Shown here in pieces: positions 28,162 to 40,900 of a DNA stretch of 64,000 nucleotides. The DNA is taken from the NCBI RefSeq assembly GCF_001194135.2, contig NC_068991.1, forward strand, positions 6,107,651 to 6,171,650, read 5' to 3'. Each line of letters starts with the position of its first letter. The first letter of the stretch is position 1. The notes under the pieces were generated by a model. It saw nothing but the letters and a program-made list of their open reading frames with translations. It searched no databases and had not been told where the DNA came from. Position numbers and translations under genes: made by a program. This DNA is from Octopus bimaculoides (taxonomy: Eukaryota).

Positions 28162-31100
28162 TAACACCCATGCACACACACAATTGTATTGTTCTTAAGT
28201 AAATCTCCTTTAAACATTACAGTATTGAGGTCAGATATATTAACATTACTTCGTTTGGTTTCTGTCATGAGATTGTAACCAACTCCTGATTACTCTTGAA
28301 ATTTGTGAGCGTTGAGGGTGCTTGTGTTCTATAAAAGTACAAAATTAAAAATGCTTTTTTTTAAATTAATTTCTTAAATCAATAGACCGCTTTTTCATTA
28401 TCTCTGTGTTGTTTGGAAATACAGCCAACAACATCAGGTCAAGTCTTCCACAAAGTGCCAACTAACCTCTGCTTTTCCTTCCCATGTACTGTCTTTATTC
28501 ATATGCTGCAACATTTCTTTGTAGACTAATATTACTACTGCTAATGTTGCTGCATGTAACCATTGGTGATATTCTGTTTAGTCCTCTCTAACAATGTTTA
28601 TATTACTAGTGAAATAGGTTGTTGTTGTTGTTGTTGCTGTCATTAAGTCTTAACTATGTTTGCATTACGCAATACAAGCAGTTCTATAGTGTAAACTTTA
28701 TAAGCATAACATACTTAATGTATGTGAGTAGTTGCTAAAAACCAGAGGCTGCGGTTTTACTCCAGGAAAACTCCATTTGTGAATGTATTGTGTTAGCTGG
28801 GCAAAAATGATATCGCCCCAGAATTGACCTCAGTGTTGTGCTTACTATTTATAAAGGGTTTTTCCCCTGGATGAAAACCACAGCCTCTGGGTTTTCAACT
28901 ACGCACATAAATGTTTAACTCTTTAGCATTCAGATTACTCTCTCAAATGTATTGCTTATTTATTCGCATTGTTTTGAGTCAGTCATGGCTTGTCTCATAG
29001 CTTTGAGGTTTCGGTTATGTTAGCGTAATTTTAAAATGACATTGTAGGGTATGTGTGAGAGGCCAAATATAACCAGTTTAAATGCTAATGAGTTAAGTAT
29101 GTTATATTAATGAAGTTACTAAAATATATGTTTGTCATTAGAATTAATCAAAAGACAAACAAATTGTGAATATAGGAAAGTGTTAGTAGTTCTTACATCC
29201 AACCTTTTGTGAATTATTGTGCTGTATGACTCGTCTATCTATATTATTATTATTATTTTTGTTGTTGATTACTAGTTGTATATATAATGAAAGACCACAA
29301 CTATGTTCAGAAACTCTTTTGTCAACTCAGGAAGATATCTACTGCAAATATTTGCATTCATTTTACATCTGTCTTTTGTCAATAATCAGAATTAATGATA
29401 TCAAAATGTATTCTGAAGTGTTGCTAAACTGTAAAATATTTCTTGTTTGGTTAGTGATGACCATTTCTGTTGTAGAGAAGGATTTCGCTGTTTTATTTTT
29501 GTAATGTCTGATAATTTGGTGTGGGACCTAACGTTTCATAGCATTTCTTTTTTTATTATTTAATTGAATAATGCGGTATGATTGATGATCCCATTATTCT
29601 GACTTGGTTTCAATTCTCATTTCGAACCACTTCACCTGCATTGATAATGCACATTAATGTCACAATTAATGCACATTAATGCACATTAATGCACATTAAT
29701 GTCACAAATTCTTCAAATATAGGCTGGCATGCTGGACAAAATGTTGAACAGCACTTTGTCCATCTTTACATTCTGGGTTCAAATCCCACTGGGATCGACT
29801 TTGCCTTTCATCCTTCTAGGGTCAATGAAATACGTCCCAATTCAGCACCAGGGATTGATGTAATCGATTTGAAATTGCTGGCCTTATGCCAAAATTTGAA
29901 ATTATCATTATTACTATTATTCATATTCATCTTGGGAGGTTAGTAGGTCACGGTATCAACAGAATGCCGTACATTATTTTTGCTCTGTTTCAGTTGAATC
30001 ACCATACATTCTGAATTTAAATCTTATTTGTATTGACTCAGCGTATCCTTCCTCCGCAGTTGATAAAATAACAATCTTTGCCAAGTTGATTTGATCAGCA
30101 GTTCTCTGTGTAGCCATGTATTCCTATATTAGAAATCACCATTATTGTTCCATTCACTTTGCCAGTGCTCCTAGGAATGTCACCGACTGCCATCTCCATT
30201 CCTCTCGATGTATATTGTAATGCCTGCTTCGCAAAATAGCTCACACTTCCTTACAACAGCCACTGTTAGTACTCTTGTAACGCTATTACTCATTTTACCC
30301 CAACATTAGTAAATACCTAACGTGTGTGTATGTGTTATATTCGTGGCTGTGTGTTTGCTTCCCAACTACATGCATGGCAGCTTNNNNNNNNNNNNNNNNN
30401 NNNNNNNNNNNNNNNNNNNNNNNNNNNNNNNNNNNNNNNNNNNNNNNNNNNNNNNNNNNNNNNNNNNNNNNNNNNNNNNNNNNNNNNNNNNNNNNNNNNN
30501 NNNNNNNNNNNNNNNNNNNNNNNNNNNNNNNNNNNNNNNNNNNNNNNNNNNNNNNNNNNNNNNNNNNNNNNNNNNNNNNNNNNNNNNNNNNNNNNNNNNN
30601 NNNNNNNNNNNNNNNNNNNNNNNNNNNNNNNNNNNNNNNNNNNNNNNNNNNNNNNNNNNNNNNNNNNNNNNNNNNNNNNNNNNNNNNNNNNNNNNNNNNN
30701 NNNNNNNNNNNNNNNNNNNNNNNNNNNNNNNNNNNNNNNNNNNNNNNNNNNNNNNNNNNNNNNNNNNNNNNNNNNNNNNNNNNNNNNNNNNNNNNNNNNN
30801 NNNNNNNNNNNNNNNNNNNNNNNNNNNNNNNNNNNNNNNNNNNNNNNNNNNNNNNNNNNNNNNNNNNNNNNNNNNNNNNNNNNNNNNNNNNNNNNNNNNN
30901 NNNNNNNNNNNNNNNNNNNNNNNNNNNNNNNNNNNNNNNNNNNNNNNNNNNNNNNNNNNNNNNNNNNNNNNNNNNNNNNNNNNNNNNNNNNNNNNNNNNN
31001 NNNNNNNNNNNNNNNNNNNNNNNNNNNNNNNNNNNNNNNNNNNNNNNNNNNNNNNNNNNNNNNNNNNNNNNNNNNNNNNNNNNNNNNNNNNNNNNNNNNN

Positions 31101-32691
31101 NNNNNNNNNNNNNNNNNNNNNNNNNNNNNNNNNNNNNNNNNNNNNNNNNNNNNNNNNNNNNNNNNNNNNNNNNNNNNNNNNNNNNNNNNNNNNNNNNNNN
31201 NNNNNNNNNNNNNNNNNNNNNNNNNNNNNNNNNNNNNNNNNNNNNTATATATATATATATGTGTGTACATAATATGCATTTATTATGTTTCAAAAGATAG
31301 ATATTTTATAAATGTTATAGAGATAAATATTCATATACATAGTTATATTTTTACATGCATGTATACATTACTCTTTTACTGGTTTCAATCATTGGACTGT
31401 GGCCATAACTGGTGAACTGTCTGGAATTGTAATATTTATGGATGAGGAAGTTTTTTCATGTTACTGCTCTGATATGAATTTCATAGTCCTCTTCAACTTC
31501 ATCTTATTCAGTATAATATCTTGGTTGTCTTTGAATATATTGTCATTTATTTTATGCATATCTCGTTCAGATTTCACATAGTATGTGTTGAATAACCATA
31601 GTCCTTTGAAACCCCTATTATTATAACAGTATATAATCCATACTTGACAGGGAGGGAGTGGTATTCTTGAAACTGCAATTATACACAATTATACAAACTC
31701 ATACACACACACACACACACATACTGTTTATGTATATTGTAATGACACAAGTGCGTAAAATATATTGGTTTATGTTATAGAGGAATTAAACCAGTAATAT
31801 ATAGCTCAACAAAATTACAAATAAATATCTTAAGTCTCATCTTTTATGATATAAAATATATGTGTGTGTGTATATACATGTATGTATTTGTGTATATATG
31901 TATGTGTGTGTGTGTATATATGTGTGTGTGTGTGTGTGTTTATGTGTACATGTAAACAAAGGAATAACTCATCATGACAAATAACGTTAGGTCTGTTTTT
32001 CTGCCACTTTGACAATATCAGGTAATGTTTATACACCGACAATAATTTTACCCTTTTTTTTTTTCATATTTTGTGCTGAACGACCATTCATGATATGAAT
32101 ATTCCTTTGCAAAATGAACCTGTTTATTAAATTAAAAGCACATGAAACGTAGCAAATTTCTTGTCTATATATCTCTGATGTGCATTATTAATATCGCTGC
32201 TACCGTTTAACTATTAACTAATTACAGATGTAACATTATCTGTTCTTACCAGCTGTGACAAAACTGTTCCCAATATTATCTATCAAGGGAGATAAATACA
32301 TAAGATTAGTTATTTCCCTTTAGGGGCTGGGCAAATAGTGATGGAGACATACTGCAAATTTTTTTATTGTTTGTACGATTTCAATTGTGTATGAGATCAG
32401 TTGGGCGTGGTGAAAAATACTTTATGCCATAAATATTTAATGTCATCTCTTAATCTTCCAAAATTGTTTTTCATCCTTATAAGGTTAATAAAATAAGTAC
32501 CCATAAAGTATGTTTATGCATACTAGGATAAGCATGGCTACAGTCCACTGACTGAAATCTATAAGAAAATATATGTAAAAATAAATTCATACTGTGTGTG
32601 TGCGTGCACATATTCGTGTATGTGTTTGTGTACTTATGTGCATATCTGCATACGTCTCAGTTGTATGCATGCATATTGATATGTGTGTGTT

Positions 32692-32725
<34 letters not shown>

Positions 32726-34100
32726 CACATGTTGAATGAATGACAAAGGAGTACTCGATGCATGTAGAAGATATGGTTTTTTGTTTTTTTGTTTGTTTTT
32801 TTTAAATGAAGCTGGAGTTAATCTTATGACATTAGTTTCTCATCACTGATCTTTAGGTGATAGTCTGGCCTGAAGATTGCAGTGGCATGAAACTTGAGTC
32901 ATGAGGCAAAAGTTTTAGCTTCGTTTTCATTAAAAACCTACATGTCTCTCTGTTCCTCTCTCTTGCACACACAGGCACTTGATGAACCATATTCTAGTTT
33001 TATGTCCTTAAAATTTAACTCTGTGTTTGCAGAATAATTATAAATTTAATCACAAATATACACATGTTCTGAGTTCAAATTTCACCAAGATCACCTTTGC
33101 CTTTCATCCTTTCGGGGTCGATGAATTAAGTATCAGTTGCATGCTGGGGTCGATCTAATCAACTGCCCCAAATTTTCAGACCTTGTGCTTAGAGTAGAAA
33201 AGAATAAATATATACATATGCTTAACATCTTTTAAGAATATATTTTGTATAATGTTTTGCTATTTTTAGTAATACTTAAAATGTAGTCTTTGATTTGTTC
33301 TTTATTTTTATTGTAATTCCTTTACTCCAGATTTTACGTGATAAACAAGTTGTGAATATGTAAGTGTGTGTGTGTGTGTGTGTGTATATGCTGTGTTGTG
33401 TGATTCTGTGTGTGGGCCAACAGCTTAGACAAAAGCACAAACAGATCAGATTGGAGCCTGGTGCAGCCTACTGACTTACCAGTCCCCAGTCAAACCTTCT
33501 AACCTATGCCAGCATGGAAAACGGACGTTAAACGATGATGATGATATGTATATGCATTTATATTCTCCCATGTAAATCCACATGGGAGACGGACTCCCCC
33601 ACTAGAAAACTTCAGTGTTTGTAGGTTTTGGTGGTATCATTCCTGTTTTTTTTTTTGTTGTTGCTGTTTTAATGGCTTCAAACCTTTAGAGAGTAGCACA
33701 TGTGTTGCACAAGCATTTGTCACCATAAAATTTGATGTGTTCGTTACATTTTGTGCCATTTTCATTTTTTCCCCTGGCACAAAATAGGACTCAAGCTTTT
33801 CAGAACCTCAAACAGTTGTAGTTTTGTGGTGGCAGTTGAGATGTTAGGTGCATCTTTGACCACAATATAATCTCTACTTGCATGTTTCTCTGGCTCCTCA
33901 TAGGTTGGTTGAAGTGCCGTCAATGTGTAGTGGCGCCTTGGTCTTGAAGAGGCTGTCGTATGTCTTCATCAGCGTTATCATTGGGGTACAAACAACAAGT
34001 TGGCACTGCATCTGTAGATTTTAGCATAATGGGGATCACACTGGATAAGATGTTGCCATCCACATAATTTGTGTGTGTATTGGCATATGTTTGTGTGTGA

Positions 34101-34132
<32 letters not shown>

Positions 34133-34168
34133 ATATATAAGCATGCCTGTATGTGTATGTATGTGTGA

Positions 34169-34204
<36 letters not shown>

Positions 34205-37200
34205 CCACCCATTCTAGCATGGAAGGCAGACGTTAAACAATGATGATTATATATATATATATATATATTTATATGCATACATACATGTACATGTGTGTGT
34301 TTGTATACATATATGTGTGCGTGTAGATACACACACATATGCTGATATAAAAGTTTCATTTGATGGCTAATTCGGCCATCAAGCGAAAACACATTTTAAA
34401 GGAATTTAACTCTACTACTGGTGCTGAGTCCCCCGTCATTAAATGTTTGGTTGTTATTCTTAAAATTGCTTCAGAATAATAACCATGTGCACACCCACAC
34501 ACTGGTATGTGTGCGCATAAATTCAAATGCACATGTATATGTGAATTTCGTAAGCAGTTTCATTGTTTGTTGTTGTTTTTCTCCTAGAAACAATTTGTGT
34601 GTATATAGAGTAATTTACAAGTATATTACTACATATGTATATACACATGTACATATACACATACATACACTCACACTTCAAACTTAATTTGTTTTAAGAA
34701 TAAATACATTTTTATAAATTTAAACACTTGTGCAATCGTTTATGATGTTTGGCTGTTTATAGTAGTAGTATTACTTACGAAAATGCACAGACTGTTTTGT
34801 AGTTATATTTTAATGCCTCTACCCTAAACATATGTGATTAACTAGTTTTAAAACATGCAACTTGTATTTTAACAGTCCTTTAATACATCTAGTTTTTAAG
34901 CTAATTTCAACCAGTTAGTAGTGTTACTATATTTAGAAAGTATTAGCTGTCGTATAAACATTTCTTCTCCAGATAATATTATCAATTTTTACCAGTTTAG
35001 AAGTTTATTTAGCAATAAAATAAATTAAAATCATTATGGGTTATTTATATTAATTACTAAAAACATTGGTCAAAATGTTAATATATTTCTTCACAAAAGT
35101 GTGTCACCATATTATGTTGTAATTTGATAGATCTTCTAAAATATTTTCTTCATTATTTTCATAATTAATTAATTTATAATTTCTTTAAGTTTGCTATCCT
35201 TTCTACATGTACATGTTCCGTTGTAACTGTTTTGATAAACTTAGGCTATTTTAATTAGTTAATTCTTTACAGGTTTATGATTAAAATAAAAGAATTTCAA
35301 CTCATGTTTGTGTTTCTTTTTCTGAATTGTTCACAGCCCGGAAAGTTTATTATTGAAGTTAAGGACCTGTCAAACTATGAAAGTTACCCCATTTGGAAAA
35401 TTGAAAATGGAAAGATGTTACACAAATACGAATTAATCATAGAAGATGGGAAAATTCGACACCGAGCTGTTCCTACAGTGAGTGTTTCTTCTTTCTACAA
35501 TAAAATGTCTTCTATATTTATTATGAATTATAAATTTTTTTTTCTCTATCGGTAATCATGTTAGTGATGTTTCATTTACAGTTTTCAATGTGTTTTTTTG
35601 TTTCGTATGTGTATTTGGTGTGCAGGATTCTTGATGTGAATACGTGTGTTGAAAGAAATACTATTACCGGCATAATGCCTCTCCCAAGGTTTTATAGTAT
35701 TGTGTTTTTTATTTTGTTGTATTGTGGTAGGATCATTAAAGTGATCATGTCAAAAATGTTACAGGACTTTCCTTCCAACCTTAACAGTAAATGGAAAGTC
35801 ACAAAAACTTGCTGATTTATTTTCAGTGACAAATCAAATGCACTTATATACGGAAATCATTGTCTAGTTTGTTTTTAATGCCTACTTTTCCACATTTGCA
35901 TGGCTCTGATGAATTTATTGAGACAGGTTTACTATGACCAGATGCTCTTCCTGTCATTAACCTTCACCTGTTTCCAAGTCATTTGATATATCTCCTGGTC
36001 TGTCATACACTAACAACCCAAGGGCCAAGCATATTTTCATGAAAGATTGCAAACAAATGGCATCTCTGGCATGATGGTAACATTTTTTTACAACTAGCCT
36101 ACAGTGTCAAGACAAGGAGATACAAACACACCCAAGCATGTGCAAACACTCACTCATGCACATGTGCATATGCATGATGGGCTCCTTTTCAGTTTCTGTT
36201 GTCCAAATTCTTTCATAAGGCTTTGGACAACCTGGGGACATAGTAGAAGGTATTTGCGCAAGGTACCAAACAGTTCCCATCAAACCTAGTTACAGTTGCA
36301 TTGTAAACCTGCTCACAAGATAATTTGTAATGATGAATGAATCTGTTTCAGTCTTTCCTAATCTTTCATTTCAGTACTCCAGTTGGATGCCAACCCTTCG
36401 TCAACAGTTCAAACCAATTAGAGCAAAGTTAATATCTCAAGGTTTCAACAAAGAAATAGTTGAAGTTGAAGAACCATTCCGGCCCAAACCTCCTAACGAT
36501 GGCAGGTAGGGTTAACTGTATTTAATTCTAAATTTTTTTTCTGGAATAAACGAATTCCAAATTCGGATTCAGCCTGAAAAGTTACATCAATAAGCTACAT
36601 CGTAAGGCGATTTCTATTCCCAGTAGCACATTGTGTCCTTCAGCAAGACACTTTACTTCACATTGCTCCAGTCCACTCAGCTGGTAAAAATGAGTGGTAC
36701 CTGTAATTCGAAAGGGCCATCCATGTCACATTCAGTGTCGCGCTGAATCTCCCTGAGAACTACGTGAAAGGTATGCGTGTCTCAGCCACTTGCACGTTAA
36801 TTTCACAAGCAGGCTGTCCTGTTGATTGAATCAACTGGAACCCTTGTCATAAGTGATGGGGTGTCAGTCAGCCAAATTTGAAGATTTTTACTTAATTTTA
36901 TAATTATCAAATCTGACAGCAGCCAAATATTCTCCACCAACAGAGACCTTTAAATCATCCATCAGTGGAACATGAAAACATAGTTTCTTTCAGTGTCAAC
37001 ACACAGACACTAACTACACATCTCAAGAAACATGCTTTGAATTTAATCCATTACTCATAGCAAAAACTTGGTTTGTGCTTAACTGTCACTCGTAAGTCAT
37101 TGTGACCTGGTAGCATGTAGTACACTGTCACTAATTGTTGTAGTTGGTTATGTAGTTGCAAGCAGGTACTGATATCTTCTTGGGTCTCCTGCTTATTGAT

Positions 37201-37871
37201 CCAGCAAAGCATGAAGGATGTGACAGCCAGAGGAAGAGTCAGCTGGTATTCATTTTAAGCTGTGAAGAGTGGATCAACATGAAATGTAGTGCCTTGCTCG
37301 TCAAGGACACAACACCCTTTCAGCTCCAGGAATTGAACCCAAGATTTTGTGATCATGAGACCAACACCCTTACCATGAACATACATGCTTTCATAAATAG
37401 CACAAAGCTAAAAAAATATATCATAAACCAAGGAATTATCATAAAGATTGGATTTCTCTTGACAGGGATGATGATATTCAAGTCAGTATTTGTTAAAATT
37501 TAAAACTGGCCAAATTTCTTCAGCTTTCAAACTACTTAGATTTATTTAATTTATTACTCCTTTTCCAGAAGATTCTGTGCTTTTCATAGCTCATTTAATT
37601 ACTTTCAGAATTATTTAGAATTATAATTTAACCACTATTCATTATGATTTTTATCTTCATTTATTAATATTTCCCATGTTTGTCAACACCAGACATTTTC
37701 TGTGGTGAAAATGATTCTCTTTATAAGTATTTCCTCTAAAATTCCCTTTCAGTCTGGAGAGACAATATGAAGATGACCCTTTAGTAGAGTCTTTCAACAT
37801 ATACATGCGAATATTCTTGAGCCAGGCTTTGGAATCTAACTTCTTAAGCATCATCATTGCTACTAATGGTA

Positions 37872-37931
<60 letters not shown>

Positions 37932-40900
37932 NNNNNNNNNNCTCTTTCTCTCTCTCCCTCTCTCTCTCTTTCTCTCTCTCTCTCATAATAATAAAAGGGC
38001 TATATCAATAGTCTTGTAAGATTTACTTTATGTCATACTTAATCTTCTCACCTCTTTTATCTGTATTTACACTAACCTTGCTGTTTTGTTTTTCTCTCTT
38101 TTAAGATCAATTTTTTCTGAAAGCCTTGCAGACAATTGATAGCCTAATTGATATGAAAGTTAATGAAATTGATTCAAAGGTCCAGTGGAATGACAAATTT
38201 AAAGTGGGTTTATATTTCTTTAACACTACTCCTTATAATTTGTAAATTATATTTCTTAACACTACTTCCTTATAATTTTGTAAATTTGTGTAATATTCCA
38301 GTTTAAAGTTTAATGTTGTAAATGTACTTTATTTTAAATTCTATTGAAAATGACATTACTGAAAACAATGTTAGTCTTGGAGAGATATGGACATATTTAC
38401 TAAAAGTTTATTGTTGAAAGCTTTATGTATGTCACCTGTTTTCCATGTTAGAGTTATGCAATCATAATTATGTAGAGGTGGCATTTAGCATTAACTAAAA
38501 TTAACATTAGCTAAATAAAAGAAAATCGTATGTAATAACCAGTAAGAATTTTGTTGACATTTCCATATTACCCTAATTTAATAGTCTGTCATTCATTGTA
38601 CATACAACCAAATTTGGTATTTGTCTGGAGTGTGATGTGCCTGAAGTATTGGGATGGAATTCTTGAATAAACTTAATTTAAAAACAATTTTCCACATAAA
38701 TTGCTTTGATTGTGTAAAGTCATATTTAACACATTTGAGTGTATTCTGACATGATTAGACATTTCACTGTGGAAATAGCCTCAGGAGAAAATTGTTATGT
38801 CTTCCAGCTGCATGTATGAAGTGCTCTATATTATAATTTAACTATAGAAAAATTATCCTTGCTGCACAGGGTTTGTTGATTGAGAGACATTCGTTTCCCT
38901 AAATAGAAGCTGCAAATTTTATATTATTTTATGCTTACTTTTGTTAGTGTTTAAGTTAAATACCTTTGCCAGCTAATAAAAGAGTCATTCAACTGCACAA
39001 TACCCCACTGCAACAGCCTTGAGTTGAAATTCTTTGGCGTACCCCTATTTACATAGAGAATTACATGCTTGTTAGGGAGAATATGTAATAGTAATTATTG
39101 CATATGAACAGTTGACCCCTGTTGGCTGAAATGAGCTGACAGCTTGAAGACTTGGCTGGTAGCTGTTCTCTGTTACCTATTCCTTCTGTAAAGTTGATAT
39201 AGTTATTATTTAACAGTTTCCTGGTGCCAGCTAACCCAGTTTGAATCAATTCAAATATATACATGCTTATAATATGCAGGATGCAAGAGTTAGTTGAGGA
39301 CATATTTAGTAATTTAATAAAACAATTCTAAACTTGGAAGATCCACCTGTATTTTACTAAAAATTTGCACACATGTTCTTCATATGCTTTCTTATAAGAT
39401 TATTAATTAACTTCAATGGCTGTTTCAATTCAGGATTGGAATCACTGACATGCCTGTGCTAAATGGTCCTTTTATATTTTGGGCACCACCCAGACAATAA
39501 CGGCCTTGAGTAAAGCTAAGGTGTTGTAAAGGATGTTGATTACTCTTCCAACGATGCTCCAAATAGAGTTGTCCACGTCATTTAAATCTGGCAAGTTTGG
39601 AGGCCACAAGTTCGATATTACATGGATTATATAGATTGTCTGACATCTAATCAATGGATTATGTGAGCTTTGTGAGAATGTACTGAGCCTTGTTGAACCA
39701 CGTATGGCCTTCTACTGCATATTTCATCCATTCAGAGTTTAACAACTGTCTCCAACACCTCAGTGTATTCAGCAGCATTAGTTTTAAGAACGTGTGGAAA
39801 GATACGAGGTGTTGAAAACTTAGTGGGCATCACTCTGGGGACATTAGAAGGATCTACANNNNNNNNNNNNNNNNNNNNNNNNNNNNNNNNNNNNNNNNNN
39901 NNNNNNNNNNNNNNNNNNNNNNNNNNNNNNNNNNNNNNNNNNNGGATCAGGCTGAATCATTACTGTGCTGTGTGAAATACTTTGTGGTATCTCACCCATC
40001 TTTAGGTTCTGAGTTCAAATTCTGCTGGGGTCGACTTTGCTTATTATTATTGTTATTATTATGAAGGCAGCGAGCTGGCAGAATCGTTAGCATGCTGGGT
40101 TAAATGCTTAGCAGCATTTCATCCATCTTTACATTCTGAGTTCAAATGCGACCGAGGTCGATTTTGCTTTTCATCCTTTCAGGGGGTCGATAAAATAAGT
40201 ACCAGTTGGGTACTGGGGTCGATGTAATCAATTAGTCCCCTACCCCAAAATTTCAGGCCTTGTACCTATAGTAGAAAGAATTATCATTATTATTATTATT
40301 TTATTTAATCCTGTTTTTTGTTAATTCTTCTCAAGGATTGTCTGAAACTGAAACCTGTCATGCGGGAGCTTGACCGACCAAATCTAAAGCAATCCTGTCA
40401 GGTAATATTTTCATGTTTTGATTCTTCTATCACAAATTGTCTTCTTGCTTTCTCTCTCTACCTCTCTGTGTATTATATGAGGAGGCACTGGAAAGTTCCT
40501 GGCTTTGAGCAAAAAAAAAAAAAGGAGTATCAATTAATTCTAAGTTTTAATCATGCTACTTTGAAGATGAATGGTCTCCAATAAGTTCATTTGTTCTTGA
40601 TATGATTTATTATAACAGTCTCTAATGTTGCTTCTATAGCTTCATGTACTAGTATAAACAAAAACCAATCTAATTGAGATATCTGAAACAACCATAGAAC
40701 CATTTGTATCTATAAATGTGTGTGTGTAAACTTAGAACAAAATTCCTTTTAATTCAGTGATATTAATTCTAGAAGCAAAGCAAATGAAATGATTCTATTT
40801 TTGTTTTTTTGTTTAGGCATGTGAAAATGCTAGTCAACCTGCCATAAAGTCCATCCATTTATATGGTCAACCGTATGACCTATCCAATCTTGGAGAGAAT

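Noticed and set aside
29645-29707. Short direct-repeat arrays (also 44023-44086, 44500-44790, 60997-61050) considered as CRISPR-like
   Set aside because: They have no unique spacers, no cas genes and a eukaryotic context; they are ordinary minisatellites or internal repeat units.
15618-31415. Long ORFs in the supplied track containing X runs or IY/CV/HT repeats
   Set aside because: They are artefacts of N gaps and dinucleotide microsatellites.
33564-33605. 10-bp hairpin followed 12 nt later by CTAG, like a Helitron 3' end
   Set aside because: CTAG is followed by A rather than the expected T target base, and I could identify no 5' TC terminus or second copy.
33920-34060. Minus-strand LKSTDAVPT resembles a THAP AVPTIF box
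   Set aside because: The upstream C2CH ligands are absent (replaced by microsatellite); a single short motif is insufficient.
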